DNA of 64,000 nt, taken from Octopus sinensis. Taxonomy: Eukaryota. Below are positions 1 through 12,180 of the stretch, one piece after another (the stretch's first letter is position 1; the number at the start of each line of letters is the position of its first letter). The position numbers and the translations under genes were made by a program. The DNA lies in assembly GCF_006345805.1 (NCBI RefSeq), contig NC_043000.1:54436001-54500000 (forward strand). Direction: 5' to 3'. The notes below the pieces were generated by a model, which saw nothing but the letters and a program-made list of their open reading frames with translations, had not been told where the DNA came from and ran no database searches.

Positions 1-745
1 CATACCTTATGGAAATATTCCACCAGTATTCCTTGAGTTTGTGTTTATGAATGTATTCTATAACACAGGGATTTTCTAACTTTATTTCAGGACAGTCTTT
101 TTTGTGGATGACAATAAAAATTGTTTTAGCAACATCGTGCCGCACATTTTAGTCAGCTGCTAATCACATGCGTAATGTTTTAGAGATTTTTACAGTTCCG
201 GTGATGGACTGAATCTATAGTCTTCGAATCAGCTTTCATTTTCTTTCTGGTTTTGAGAAGCCTAATTTCTCAAGATTGATGTTTAGGCAGTGTGTTACAT
301 ATCCCAGGGATCCATTAATTATATGTATAAATTTGAACTTGTAATTTGGATAGGGTAACTGCAGATTTCTCAATAGTCCAGCGTAGGTATTCTCTTTTTC
401 ATTGTACTTCAACTTTAAGGGCATCTAATTTCCACAACCGTACACAGATACTTTTCTCAATCCAAAATCATTATATCAGGTCAATTGTGCTTACATTTTA
501 TTGAGGCCTTCACTCAGACATTCCACCAGTACTCCTTTTCTACCAGGCTGTGGGTTATTATTTTTGGTCCTCGGTTTTATCCTTCCAACTGATTTCATTA
601 TAGAGTGTCCTAGCTACATCAATTCTCATCTGTAGATAATATCGTGATAACATTTTTGGACAACTGCTGATGATGTGGGTGATATCTTCGGCGTTAATTC
701 TACAAAGTCTTCATCGGTTGTCACATTTTACTGCTTTTCCTGCAG
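1..745 (-). mobile_element. 3' part of an RLE-type non-LTR retrotransposon (R4/Dong-like), decayed
   Basis: Minus-strand translation across stops and frameshifts gives [21 protein letters not shown] (CCHC knuckle), KEYWWNV, KHN*PDIMILD (PD-(D/E)xK endonuclease motif), YAGLLRNLQLPYPNYKFKF and IQSITGTVKI. Track ORF 236..424 is part of it. The 3' UTR appears to run off the window start. Confidence 0.85.
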
Positions 746-789
746 TGTATGAGTGTATGTATAGATATGTGTATATATGGATGTATACA

Positions 790-837
<48 letters not shown>

Positions 838-973
838 CGTATGTATGTATATATGTATATACACATATATACATATATATGTTATATGTGTGTATACATG
901 CATATATACACATATCTATACATACACTCATACACTCACATGTATATATATATACGTATATGTGTACGTATAT

Positions 974-1009
<36 letters not shown>

Positions 1010-1055
1010 CATCTTACACATACACATACATATATACATATACACACACATGTGT
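745..1055. repeat. Compound (TG/TA/CA) microsatellite containing an internal inverted repeat
   Basis: Mixed TA, TG, CA and TATG runs; 745-779 is the exact reverse complement of 901-935. Confidence 0.9.
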
Positions 1056-1791
1056 GTAGTGTTAAAAATATGTAGACAATTATTTCTAGAGTAGAAATAT
1101 TTATATGCATTTTAGAAACAAATTTGCAAATTTAGTCGTTGGTGTCTTCAATTATTAACGTCAGCTGTCAAAATTATATCGCAAAAAAGTAACTACTTTT
1201 TCAAATTACACACATAAATTAAGTAGCCAAGTGATTATAATTTAACGTTGTTCGCACATCCATTTCATCTCCACGTATGCTCAACTGTTTTTTGTACTAA
1301 TTAGCAACAATATTTTACTCATATTTCCCTTAAGTGTATTTAATCACACTGCCGTTGTATTCTGTTTATATTATTAGTTATTATTATTAGGGAAGTATCA
1401 GATGCGATACTGCCGAATCGTAACTTCCTATACAATATAAAAGATTCTTTTTACCAAAAGAAAAAAGAAGTAAAAATGTAAAAAAAAACCTCACATTTTT
1501 TTTCATTGAATTTTAACTGTAGGTAAATATATTAATGAAGGTAGCTTTCTCTATTGCTCAACTAACGGGTGAAGATATATGGAGATATATATTCCTTGAA
1601 TGTTAGCTGTAGGTAAACGTATTTCATGGTTAATTATAGACGTATATATTACCCGAAGCTTAATTCTTAATACATGTGTCATTTGACCTTCAGCTGAAGA
1701 GAAATATATTATCTTGCTTTTAATTGTAGATAAATGTATTATTTATCTTCTACTTGTAAATGTATGCTATTTGGATCTCATACTTTGATAA

Positions 1792-2212
1792 TTCTTTTAT
1801 CCTTTTATTCTTTTACCTACTTCAGTCATCCGACCTCGGCCATGCTGGAGCATCACCTTGAAGGGTTTTAGTAAAAAAATCGACTCCAGGACGTGTGATT
1901 TTTTAAAGCCTAGTACTTATTCTATGAGTTTGTTTTGCCGAATCACTAATTTACGGGAACGTAAACACACCAACACCGATTGTAAAAAAGTTTATGAGGG
2001 GACAAACACTGACACAAAGGCACATACACAACGTACGCACACCCTAATACGACGGGCTTTTTTCGGTTTCCGTCTACCAAATAAATCCAGTGACAAGAAT
2101 TTGGTCGGCCCGAAGTAATATTTGTAGATACTTACCTAAGGTATCATGCAGTGGAACTGAACCCGGAATCATGTTGTTGGAAAGCAAGCTGGTTAAAACA
2201 CTGGCACGCCTG
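1792..2212 (-). mobile_element. tRNA-type SINE, family A (internal microsatellite, tail ...GAAACAAGTAAAAGA)
   Basis: Similar to copies at 4306, 24200, 25329, 30027 and 52992: head CATGGTTCCGGGTTCAGTCCCACTGC, body GGATTTGGTAGACGGAAAC, tail GCTCCAGCATGGCC. Confidence 0.85.
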
Positions 2213-2254
2213 ATATTAGTATATTATTTGGGATTAGTATTTTATTGGTATATT

Positions 2255-2655
2255 AAGGCGGCGAGCTGGCAGAAACGTTAGCTCGCCGGGCGAAATGCGT
2301 AGCCGTATTTCGTCTGCCGTTACGTTCTGAGTTCAAATTCCGCCGAGGTCGACTTTGCCTTTCATCCTTTCGGGGTTAGTAAATTAAGTAGCAGTTACGC
2401 ACGGGGTTGATGTAATCGACTTAATCCATTTGTCTGTCCTTGTTTGTCCCCTCTGTGTTTAGCCCCTTATGGGTAGTAAAGAAATAGGTATTTCGTCTGT
2501 CTTTACGGTCTGAGTTCAAATTCCACTGAGGTTGACTTTAACTTTCATCCTTTCGGGGTCAATAAATTCGGTACAAGTTGCGTACTGGGGTCAATCTAAT
2601 CGACTGGTCCTCTCCCTTAAAATGTCGGGCCTTGTGCCTAGAGTAGAAAAGAATA
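2255..2655 (+). mobile_element. tRNA-type SINE, family B, dimeric (monomer 2255-2486 plus 5'-truncated monomer 2487-2655)
   Basis: Head AGGCGGCGAGCTGGCAGAAACGTTAG and B-box-like GAGTTCAAATTCC occur in many copies here. The body is repeated with two different tails. Confidence 0.85.
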
Positions 2656-2664
2656 TTTTAATAA

Positions 2665-4306
2665 CTATTATAGTTCGACAAAGCATACCACTGCCGAAGC
2701 CGAAGACCCTTGCCGTAATCATACATTTTAGGAAATTGATTGCAGTTGCGGTGGCCATATATCACAATCGGTGCGTATAGGATCGTTCGGCTGATTTGCA
2801 GACGACACGTGTTACTTTGGCTCATCACATGGTGATTTCTGGTATACACTGAATGGTGACTCTGCCGAATGCTGCAAAGTAAGACTGAGACATTGGCCTT
2901 CTCAAGAAACTCATCCAATTCAGCATGTTAGTGCAAAAGCACTGAGACAAGTAGAGGGATTTTAGTATCTCGAGGCCGTATTCATGAGTGATAGGAGACG
3001 TTCCCTCCGAAGAGTTTTACTGAGGTTGCGGAAGGGAAGAGAAGGTAAGTGGACCTGGCTAGATTGAAGGAGTATTGCAAGATGACACAGAAGGTGGGCG
3101 GCGACGTGAAATTGTCGCCCCCTAAAAGAATCGTAGAGATCGTGGAGAAAAACGCATCACCTACAAGGTACCCGCCTTGGAGAACAAGAAGGTTGAACAG
3201 GTGGAAGCAGCAAAAATAGAAAAAGCATTGAGGGAGCAATCGAGCCAAATTATGTATATAAAAACAGGAAGCGAATACTGGACGGTGGCTGTCCAGTTTA
3301 GGACAGTGGAAGAGGTGAGGTGATTCTTTTTTTGCTGCTTTGAGGGTAGAGACAATGTATTCAGACCTCAGCGGGCTTGAGTTGTCTTCAGCGGAGGATG
3401 AGCTCCTGAAGGCGGTGGAAAATATGGCTTGGGCTGCGTCAGCCGTCCTCGTTGGAAGTGAGGGGAAGGTGGCTGTCCTCCAAGCCACGGAAACGGAGGA
3501 AGGAGGATGGAGAGTAAAAAACTGGACCTCATTATACAGGCAGAGGAGAAGCATTTGGAGAGTTTGGAGGAGACAATGACGTTGGGAGAGATTGTGCTGA
3601 GAGTCCCACTATGTTTTAAATGCGACCAAAAGGGCGACATTAGAGCGCACTGCCCTCTCCAGAGGAAAATAACAGAAGAAACTGTTGTGGAGATGGAAGA
3701 GAAAGGGAAAGAAGAATAGGCAGACGGAAGGAACATGGAGGAGGAGTGGATAGTGACAGAGAGTAAAATGAGGAAGGGAAGAAAAAGAACAGTGAGTATG
3801 ATGCAGTACCCCAGGCCAACTTTCTCCCACCCAAGACCACTCAGACCCACCCTCCCCATATAGACACCAAACATACCCACCCCTTTCCCCACAGGAAAAA
3901 AGAAGAAAGAACAGACACCACAAAATTTACAAGACCCATCCCCTGGTGAAGAAGGTTAGTCTACATGGAGGCGAGAGTGTTGTCACTCAGCGAAGAGGAA
4001 AGCGGAAATAGAAGGACTGGACTAGAGGTTAAAGGGGACTTAGGACTCAGAGTTAGCGCGTGATGTTACTCAGTGTGGGGTGAGTAAACACACTTTTCAT
4101 ATTCCCATTTTCAAGATATCATTCATGTAATCATAACTTTAAAATTTTCATTTTAATATTTTGATTTTATTTTTTAATGTTCATTTTAATGTGTCATTCA
4201 TAGTATCAAATTTTATTTTTTATATATTTTTAATTGTGATATGTCCCCACATGTTTTGTAATGTCCCCTCGATGTTATACCTTTATGGCCAAATTTTGAA
4301 ATAAAG
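2665..4306 (+). mobile_element. Decayed L1/Tx1-like element retaining only a gag-like ORF1 plus a 3' UTR
   Basis: Purine-rich broken ORF at about 3000-4050: SFTEVAEG...RITYKVPALENKKVEQVEAAKIEKALREQ...VPLCFKCDQKGDIRAHCP (CX2CX4HX4C knuckle with H to D), then a Pro-rich linker. A T-rich 3' region ends in AATAAA at 4300-4305. No endonuclease or RT motifs seen. The 5' boundary is uncertain. Confidence 0.6.
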
Positions 4307-4444
4307 TAGTTTGCTTACTAGCCATATGGTTTTGGGTTCAGTCTCACTGCCTGGCATCTTGGGCAAGTTTCTTCTACTATAGCTTCGGGCCGACCAAATC
4401 CTTATGAGTGGATTTGTTAGACGGAAACTGAAAGATGCCCGTCG

Positions 4445-4491
<47 letters not shown>

Positions 4492-4649
4492 TTGTGTATC
4501 TGTTGTTGGCCCCTCCCCAACATCGCTTGTCAACCTATAGATTAATTACTAGTCCTACAAAGAATAAGTCCTAGAGTTGATTTACTCAACTAAAGGTGAT
4601 GCTCCAGCATGGCCGCAGTCAAATGACTAAAACAAGTAAAATAATAAAA

Positions 4650-4650
<1 letters not shown>
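4306..4650 (+). mobile_element. SINE family A, 5' end of head missing
   Basis: GTAGTTTGCTTACTAGCCATATGGTTTTGGGTTCAGTC..., internal (TA)(TG) tract, tail GCTCCAGCATGGCCGCAGTCAAATGACT. Confidence 0.85.
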
Positions 4651-4688
<38 letters not shown>

Positions 4689-7582
4689 AAACACGCATAC
4701 ATATATAAAATATATAATAAATTCGATCGTGTATACACGGATGTAGAAATACCTTCGATACGGTTGCAGTAACTGTTTCGGAGGACGAATTGCTCTAAAA
4801 ATTCGTAGGATGGCTAGGAATGACGTGATCGAACTTTAAAACGTGTGTTTTTGTGTAATAATTCTTCCTTAGTTGCACGCCTGAATCCGTCGGTGATACT
4901 CAGTTCAAAATTGCCGGAATCGATGTCTGTAACCAATGAAACGTAATTGCGCAGAATCAAGTGCCTTACAATCCGATCACGTAATTCAGATCCCAGTCTA
5001 ATATGTTTTTGTACAGATTGTGTATAAGGAGAATTTTTCCCCCTGAACTAGTTATTGCTGCAAAAATCTTTCCAGTCTTGGGTGTACATGAACATGTTAA
5101 CTTAATTATTGCTGCTTATTTTATCATTAATCAATTGATTCCAGTTGGATAAATCTTAGCACATACCAGTAAAATATTTTTTGCTATTTACATAAAAGAA
5201 TGTTTGATCTTAGAAGGGTGAGGCACAACGCATTCGATGTCAGTAACTGATAAAGCGTATTCATGCAGAAACAGGTCTATTGCTTCGTTCATTGTCTAGT
5301 TCGATATCTTATCGCCCACAGTTTATATAGAAACCTAGATATTTACTACAGTGAAGGTCTTTCCTCGTTTCAGTGTACATAAACTTGCAAAATATAAATG
5401 TACACAGCCTTACCTACATACAAACACACGAACACACATACACACTCTTTTACACAGGCACACATATATACGGTAGCCTTAGTCCATTACCCATGTTAAC
5501 ACTAATGTATTAACTCATAATAACCTCAAGGTAAATCACTATGTAGCCATGATCACCTTTGTTCTATAGTTTGCTTCCACTCTTTTACCTACCAATTAGG
5601 GAGGTCAAGTATAGTCAATATACATTGCCTTTTCTTTTCTGGTTAAGTCATGTAATAAAATTCTGAAGATCTTACTTCTATTTGGAAGACTCGTTTTGGT
5701 ACTGTATTTTACAGATGAGAACTTTTTATATCTATATTTGATGTGGACAGCATGCGGTAGCTTTCCTATCTCAAAAACCGTACGTTGGGTGTGTTGTGGT
5801 TATATGCTTAATAGGTGGTGAAATAAAAAAATTAACGCGTTCAGTTAAGAGGTGCGCTGCGAAACAGGGATGGGAAGAAATAATATAACTATGTACACTT
5901 GTAGTAATGTTGCTCTATATATTTACTTTTAACTCCTTTCACCCGTGGAAACTAATATCATATGGCACGTGTTTAACAAAGAATAGGCTTTTATGATGGT
6001 CGTCGTTTCTCACTAATAATAGACTTCATATTTAAAATAGAACTCAAAACAGTTTTCATTTTAGAATAATTTAGCAAAAAGAATTCATTGTCCTGAAAGA
6101 TAATAAAAATTCACTGGTGGAGATGGAAAGTATGTCCTTTAAAATTCGGTCACTTGAATATAAATCCATTAAATTTCTATTTTAGGTACTATTATTATTG
6201 CATTGTAGCACATTTTACTGATATGTTACAATATTTGTTAGATTTCAGAATTCTGTTTACGCTTAGATCTATTATAGCTGCAAATTGAAGAATTTCAAAT
6301 AAAACCCTGTTATTTGGGATCACTCCATTGATACACTTTTTAAAATTGTTTTCACACCATTTCGCCATTCTTTTCATTATACCCATACTTTTTTTTAATC
6401 AAAATAAAATGCAATTATTATAAATTTAATTGATTTAAAAATAAATTAAAAACTACATATAAAATCATTTTCAACTCCTCAATAGAATTGAAATTAGTTT
6501 TGTTCTGAATTCTGTCAGAAAATCATAATGCGCATTAGAGTCGCATAATAATGTAGCCTGTGTGGATCACAAGAAGGCATTTACTATTAGTTCTTAATTT
6601 CCTGCTAAGCAAAGCGACGATATTATATTTTATAATTGTGTTCAAGAAAAGAAGTCAACGCTTCTAAGTAGTGTTGACCGAGAATCTTTCTACCACGTAA
6701 AAAACACTTCGCCTACATGGGTTTCGGTGTGACTTCGTTTTTTTTTTATTTTAAGATTTTAATTTAACATTCAAAATCGAACTATTGCAGAGGAAATAAT
6801 GATGAAATAGCATAAAAATAAATCAGTATCAAACCAAAATTTCAAGTTCGATATCCGTAGACGACTAAAATCTAACATGATTCTAACATTAGATTGCATA
6901 GCATAAAAGGGAACTAATGATTTTATATCTCGTATAATTGATTTTTAATATGAAATCTCAATTTGAAATCTAGCTGTTTGTTTTTTTCCTTTTAGTTCAT
7001 ACTTCCTTTATTTTGATGTTCACAAATATCATTACGCTAGCTTGGTGATCAGATAAAGGTGCTTCCAACAGACACTAATTACTGAAAAGAATACCATTTC
7101 AGTTGATAGTATATAAAACTCTTCTGGAAACCTTGTATACTAGCATCTAATAAAGACATTAAAAACTGCCCGAAATAGATTATGGAAGACATATTAACAA
7201 AATGGAAGATAATATTTTAAAAGCATCATTATAATCCAGTTTCAGTAATGATAGTGTTATCTGCTGTGATTTAATTGAAACTGAATATTATCTGTGTTCC
7301 TTCACAAATAACTGTAATTAGTTTACGTGAATTTTCAAACATGTACTGTTGATGTAAACATGTCAAATATGTACTGTTGCTGTAAACATTTTAGATAATA
7401 AGTACTCATCTATTATTTTGTAAAGAACCTACGATAAACAAGACAATTTACTGTTAATATGAGATAATGAGTTGTTTCAGCAACGAATGTTTGTATGCAT
7501 TATTTTCCTTCTCTGAGCGTCTTCTTAATACTTCTTTCCGTTCTTAATTTTTCTTCTTGTCTTTTTCTCCGTTTTCTTTCAT

Positions 7583-7621
<39 letters not shown>

Positions 7622-8149
7622 ATTGTGTCTGGGGAGAGTCATTATTACTACTTAACACACTCACCGGTTTGATTTCCGTTCATTTACTTATTTAACTTTT
7701 ATAAAATTCTCGTTGCGGGTTGCAACCTCTTCAACGGTCGTCGACTCTCCGTTATCAGAGCTGTGTTCTTTTTGTTTGTTTGTTTGTTTGTTTGTTTGTT
7801 TGTGCGCTTGTGTGTGCATCAGTGTGCATATGTATACACATATGTATGTGTGTGTTTGTAAGCATGCATGTGTGCATGAATGTGTGTGTATGCATGTATT
7901 TATGTATGCATGTCTGTACGTTTTTATGTATGCATGTATTCTGCATATTCATATGTTTATACATTTTCTGTGTATACACTTTAAAACTACAAATATATCG
8001 TATATTCTAAAATTTTACCAGATAATGAAATAATGGGTACGTTTTTCACTGTCAACAGTAAATGGTTACTTAGATTTCCGTTTGGTGTTACTTCACTTTC
8101 GAAGAGTTTCTATTCAATTGACCACACCGTGCATTTTATTCTATTTAAA

Positions 8150-8450
8150 TCAATATTTCTTTGTGCATATGGAACGGTTCAGTATTGCCATTGTGCCTTA
8201 CATGCATGAGGTCAATAATAATTGACTGATTCCCTCAACTGTGTCCTTCTGAATACAACCAATGATGACCTTGTCAGCAACAAAAATGAATCCTGGTTTA
8301 TTCCTGATTTCAATTACTGCTCTCTTAGACATTTTTAAAATTGTGAAATAATGACCTTCTGAGTCACGAGTAAACTGAGTTTTCAGATTTGGCACAGAGC
8401 CTTCCATCAATATACTTTGATATGTTAATAAGGATACAAAACTCTTTCTA
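8150..8450 (-). mobile_element. Highly decayed RLE-LINE fragment (region between RT and knuckle)
   Basis: Track ORF 8198..8410 contains KPGFIFVADKVII, resembling the R4/Dong motif ETEGFIFAxQDQVI. An adjacent frame gives HVRHN, resembling YxxRHN. Confidence 0.4.
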
Positions 8451-8639
8451 GAGAGTTACCACCTGTAATGTGTATTGACTCATTACTTGTAAACTACTAA
8501 ATGACGATAGGAAATTTACATGCGTGTATTCAAGTTAGCACAAACAATTGTGGGAACTTTGATATAGTGATAGGTTTAGGGCTTTAGTTTTGTCTTGTCG
8601 CCTAATGGTATACAATTCTAATATTCACTGAATTATTAC

Positions 8640-8885
8640 CTTATCATAGTCAGTCTATCATTGTGTTCTTGGTTGAACCATGATGAGAGACATTCCTAAT
8701 ATGACAGCCCAATGTTTTTATATATTGTATTGTTATTGCCCAACTTGCCTTCCGTATTTTAAGAGCGCATGGATTGGGAAACATTTGTTTATTATTTCTA
8801 GTTGTAGCAGCAAACATATAAGGTTTTATTTCCCTGTTTGCAGAGGCATTACCTAAATATGTGTGTATTTGTTCTGTAGACACTA
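8640..8885 (-). mobile_element. Second highly decayed RLE-LINE fragment (knuckle region)
   Basis: Track ORF 8650..8883 (EIKPYMFAATTRNNKQ...C...ITIQYIKTLGC...TMID) aligns loosely with ETEGFIFAxQ..TRNY..C..C..ETIxHIxxGC..RHD. Confidence 0.35.
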
Positions 8886-9131
8886 CTGAGAGAGGTCACT
8901 GCGAACAAAACAGTGATCATATCAGAAATGTATTCGCATTATAAGCATAATTTCTTTAGTTTAGTTCCTTCGTTTCAATGTCCCGCTGGTATCTATGTAC
9001 CATAAGAGTTTGATAACATATATACATGCATACAGTTACACACATGCATATATATATGAACATACACACCGATACCCATATATACATACACGCACGCGCT
9101 CACATATGCACGTGCGTGTGTGTGCGTGAGC

Positions 9132-9173
<42 letters not shown>

Positions 9174-10140
9174 GCACACACACACACATATATATATGTA
9201 TGTACACACACTCATTCACATATATAGATAGCTGTATATTGTCTCTCGTATTAAATAGGATTCAAGCAAGTCTTCAGTTTGGGAATTCAATGAAGAAATG
9301 AATACAAAACTGTTGTAGTATATTGAATATATAATTCTGTGCCGGTTACTAGACTGGGAGGATAGGTACACGGATTTATGACTATGTATATGTGGAACAA
9401 TAAAATGATATAAATGAATATTAATGAAATAGATAAGAGCCCTGAGCATTATAGTATTATAAAGGAGAGACGCTAGGAATATAACATTTTCTTATGCATT
9501 ATTAATATAAGTTACACGAAATATTTGAAATCGGACACAGAGGTCGGTTGTTGGTGTATGATTAACGAGAGAGTAAATAAAAGGTGCAATAGAAAAGTAG
9601 GGAGTAATAAAAAGGATTTTGACTTTCGCACTTGAACACATGATCACATATTTGTATGAAGAATTATAATCATCATATTAATCAATATATGTGAACGTAA
9701 GGTGAACTCAGAGCATAAATTGGCACAAAAAATCTTTTGAAACCAATATAAATGACTTGCAGCATAGTGTCGCTTCGGTCGCTCTAACTACAAAACCCGG
9801 TAAAGTTGAGCAATGTCAATACAAATTTAGTCAAATCTCTCTACATGTAAAGTTGGAAGCTATACATCTAGAAGGCTTTTGAGCATAGTTCTGCTTTGTC
9901 ATGGCTGGCTCGAGAATAAAAAATCAAAGAATAGCATAATGAAAATAATTATTTACATCTGTGCTCCATTGCTCTGCACTAAAACTCGGGAAGTTGCTTC
10001 CCACTATAGCCTTGTGCTAACCAGCTCCTTTTCAAGGAAATTTTGGAAACAAAACTTTTCGGAACCTTGATACATACACAAACACACACCAACGTACATA
10101 CATGTATGTATGTATACACACATGCAAACATGCATACATC

Positions 10141-10470
10141 TAAAGGCGAAAGAGACCGACTCGCGTGCCCCAAATCCAGTCCATTAGTGGCACAGTGGAA
10201 ATCCCAAAGATTCTCTGTTTGAGTCTCTTTAAGAGACCGTCTGCATGCACTTAGCTCTGTACATCTATCTACAAGAACATACATGTAAAAAGTAAAGATT
10301 TACGCGAACATATGCACAAATATCTGTGCACTAAAAGGACGAAGGTGTCCGCACTAACACAACCACGTGGTTGCAAAAGCCAGTAATTCTCAATACTCAA
10401 AATCGTATCGCTTTGCTAGTAACCGGCAAGTACTCCATGAATAACTAAATACTCAAAGAGAAACATACTA
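10141..10470 (+). mobile_element. 3' end of an RLE-LINE related to the element at 1-745
   Basis: The plus frame gives QIQSISGTVEIPK, matching IQSITGTVKISK at the C-terminus of the 1-745 element. A probable 3' UTR follows and ends at CATA-like repeats. Confidence 0.55.
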
Positions 10471-10699
10471 GTATACATACATAAATACATTCATACAAGC
10501 ATACGAACATACCTTCGTATGTACCGAGTTTCCCAAAGGCCCGCTCGATAGTTTCTGTTTACGCTTTAAGACAGTATATAAATAGTGGGTAATAACACTA
10601 GGTTCCCATCAGGCTAGGATCTACATTGACGGCACTGTTGATTTCAAGCGTCACTACCCGGCCCACCAGAATTCATTCTCAAATCGAGCCCCTAAACTC

Positions 10700-11430
10700 T
10701 CTGCACCCCAGGCAACATATATACACTACCGCATGTTCCGAAATATTTCCTATACCCTATCCTTGTTAATAATCTTGGAGGCACCCACGTATAATTCTAA
10801 CCTGAGTGTTTGTAAATCGTGTTTAAAGGAATTGTTCGCGATTCTTATCCACCACAACACCTCGTTACAAAATAGATTTTCTAATGTAATCTTTTCATGG
10901 AAGCACAAGTTTCATTCCTCGTTTGCCCATTACGTAAAGTCTGTGTAATTTATAATAACGATTCAGCTGTAATTTACCACTTAGCTATGTTAACAATATA
11001 TCCCACCAGTTTCACTTACTCATTCTATCTATCTATATTTCTTTCTTTCTTTCTTTGTCTGTCTGTTCATCTAACTATCTATTGTCATTTTACCTTTCTC
11101 CTTAACATAGCATATCATCCGCTGCAACAACCCCGCGCTCATTCCTCAAATTCCCTCCTTGTCTTTTCGTGACTTCATCAATAGCCAGATCCCATCTCCT
11201 CGTGTTTCAAAATCTGCCTCTCTATTCTCCTAGTACCTCCCTCCCTATCTCAGTAGTCCCTGTCTTCCGCTACCCCACCCATTCCTACTTCAATTATTGC
11301 TCGTTTCTCAAGTTTTCTATTATCTTAACCATCTCTGATTGATTGAAGATCTGCTTCATGACATAACCCACAAACGGTGCTTCATTCACACTACTGACCT
11401 ACCTCCCTCCCTATTCCTCTGGCATGGTTT
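10700..11430 (+). mobile_element. Possible decayed Penelope-like element (RT thumb and GIY-YIG tail remnants)
   Basis: RNISYTLSLLI resembles the PLE motif KxIPYSxALR, and LKELF..(D)SYP resembles LxxxFxxxGYP. HIIRCNNP and HLLVFQ..LYSP resemble the GIY-YIG C-terminus. A pyrimidine-rich 3' tract follows. Many stops and frameshifts. Confidence 0.35.
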
Positions 11431-11660
11431 TCTATATTTTTATACTACATTTAAAGTAAATTTATTTGTCAAAATGTATATTCTTCATATCAGTTCACTT
11501 GGGGTTTTTTATAGCCCCTGTTTACCCAGTGAACTTCGATAAAGACTTCAGAATCTAAATTTAAATAATTTGAGCAATGCTACATGCTTTATATGCTGGG
11601 CAGCTCTCGATCTCACCTTTTGACCGCATACGTTCGTATATATATATATATTATATATAT

Positions 11661-11691
<31 letters not shown>

Positions 11692-11694
<3 letters not shown>

Positions 11695-12170
11695 AAATAT
11701 CGCATACATTAAAACACATTAAGAGGCTTCCATCATAGGAAAGCCTTGCGCTAGAAAGAACAGTTAAAGTTCAAGCCACTAATTGGGGATAAATTATCGA
11801 AGAGAATCAAAAATAAAAACAGTTACCATCTAATTTAATTCCCGGACCATGGTTTCTGACTTATTTCAGTAAAATAAAAATTTATTGAGGCCGTCTTCCT
11901 CAGTAGGTAGCCTAAGATTTAAACATACACACAACGAGATCGATTCAGCATGTAAACTCATTGTTTGTATATTCTAATTTTTCAAATCCACTGCGCTGTC
12001 GCAGTCTGTTGTCGACAACAGAGAGGACACCGGTAAAACTTCGAACAAATTTATCAAAAATCATTTAAACACAATAAATAAGAATTATAGAAATTTTTAC
12101 TACCAGTGGTCTAGCGCAAAAAAATTTAGTCAATTGACTATATATTATTCATATAAAATATCGCGTACAT
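11692..12170 (-). mobile_element. 461-nt hammerhead-bearing non-coding unit with short terminal redundancy, abutting (TA)n
   Basis: ATAAAATATCGC(A/G)TACAT occurs at 11692 and 12153 (period 461). It contains a minus-strand hammerhead motif, and its 3' end runs into the TA tract at 11640-11692. Confidence 0.7.
11839..11909 (-). ncRNA. Type I hammerhead ribozyme motif, stem I decayed
   Basis: Minus strand reads TACCTA-CTGAGGA-AGAC...GTCA-GAAA-CCATGGT-C-CGGGAA. The core and palindromic stem III are intact. The 5' strand of stem I no longer pairs fully with CGGGAA. Confidence 0.6.
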
Positions 12171-12180
12171 ATAAAATATC

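Noticed and set aside
1510-1790. Loose repeats of TGTAGGTAAA(T/C)(A/G)TATT
   Set aside because: Too degenerate to define a unit; at most an old minisatellite.
2982-3554. 190-aa and 174-aa minus-strand ORFs (2982..3554, 3368..3892)
   Set aside because: Antisense shadows of the purine-rich gag-like ORF on the plus strand.
4740-5045. Open minus frame KNSPYTQSVQKHIRLGSELRDRIVRHL..., superficially like a glutamate-receptor S2 segment
   Set aside because: Poor acceptor and an in-frame stop, and part of the plus strand resembles a decayed SINE B-box region. The similarity is too short to support.
9700-9950. Possible LINE 3' UTR ending CTCGAGAATAAAAAATCAAAG
   Set aside because: No second copy or coding link within the window.
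9979-10284. Minus-strand exon-like frame RCTELSACRR...ENLWDFHCATNG
   Set aside because: The plus strand matches the C-terminus of the RLE-LINE at 1-745, so this is an antisense shadow.
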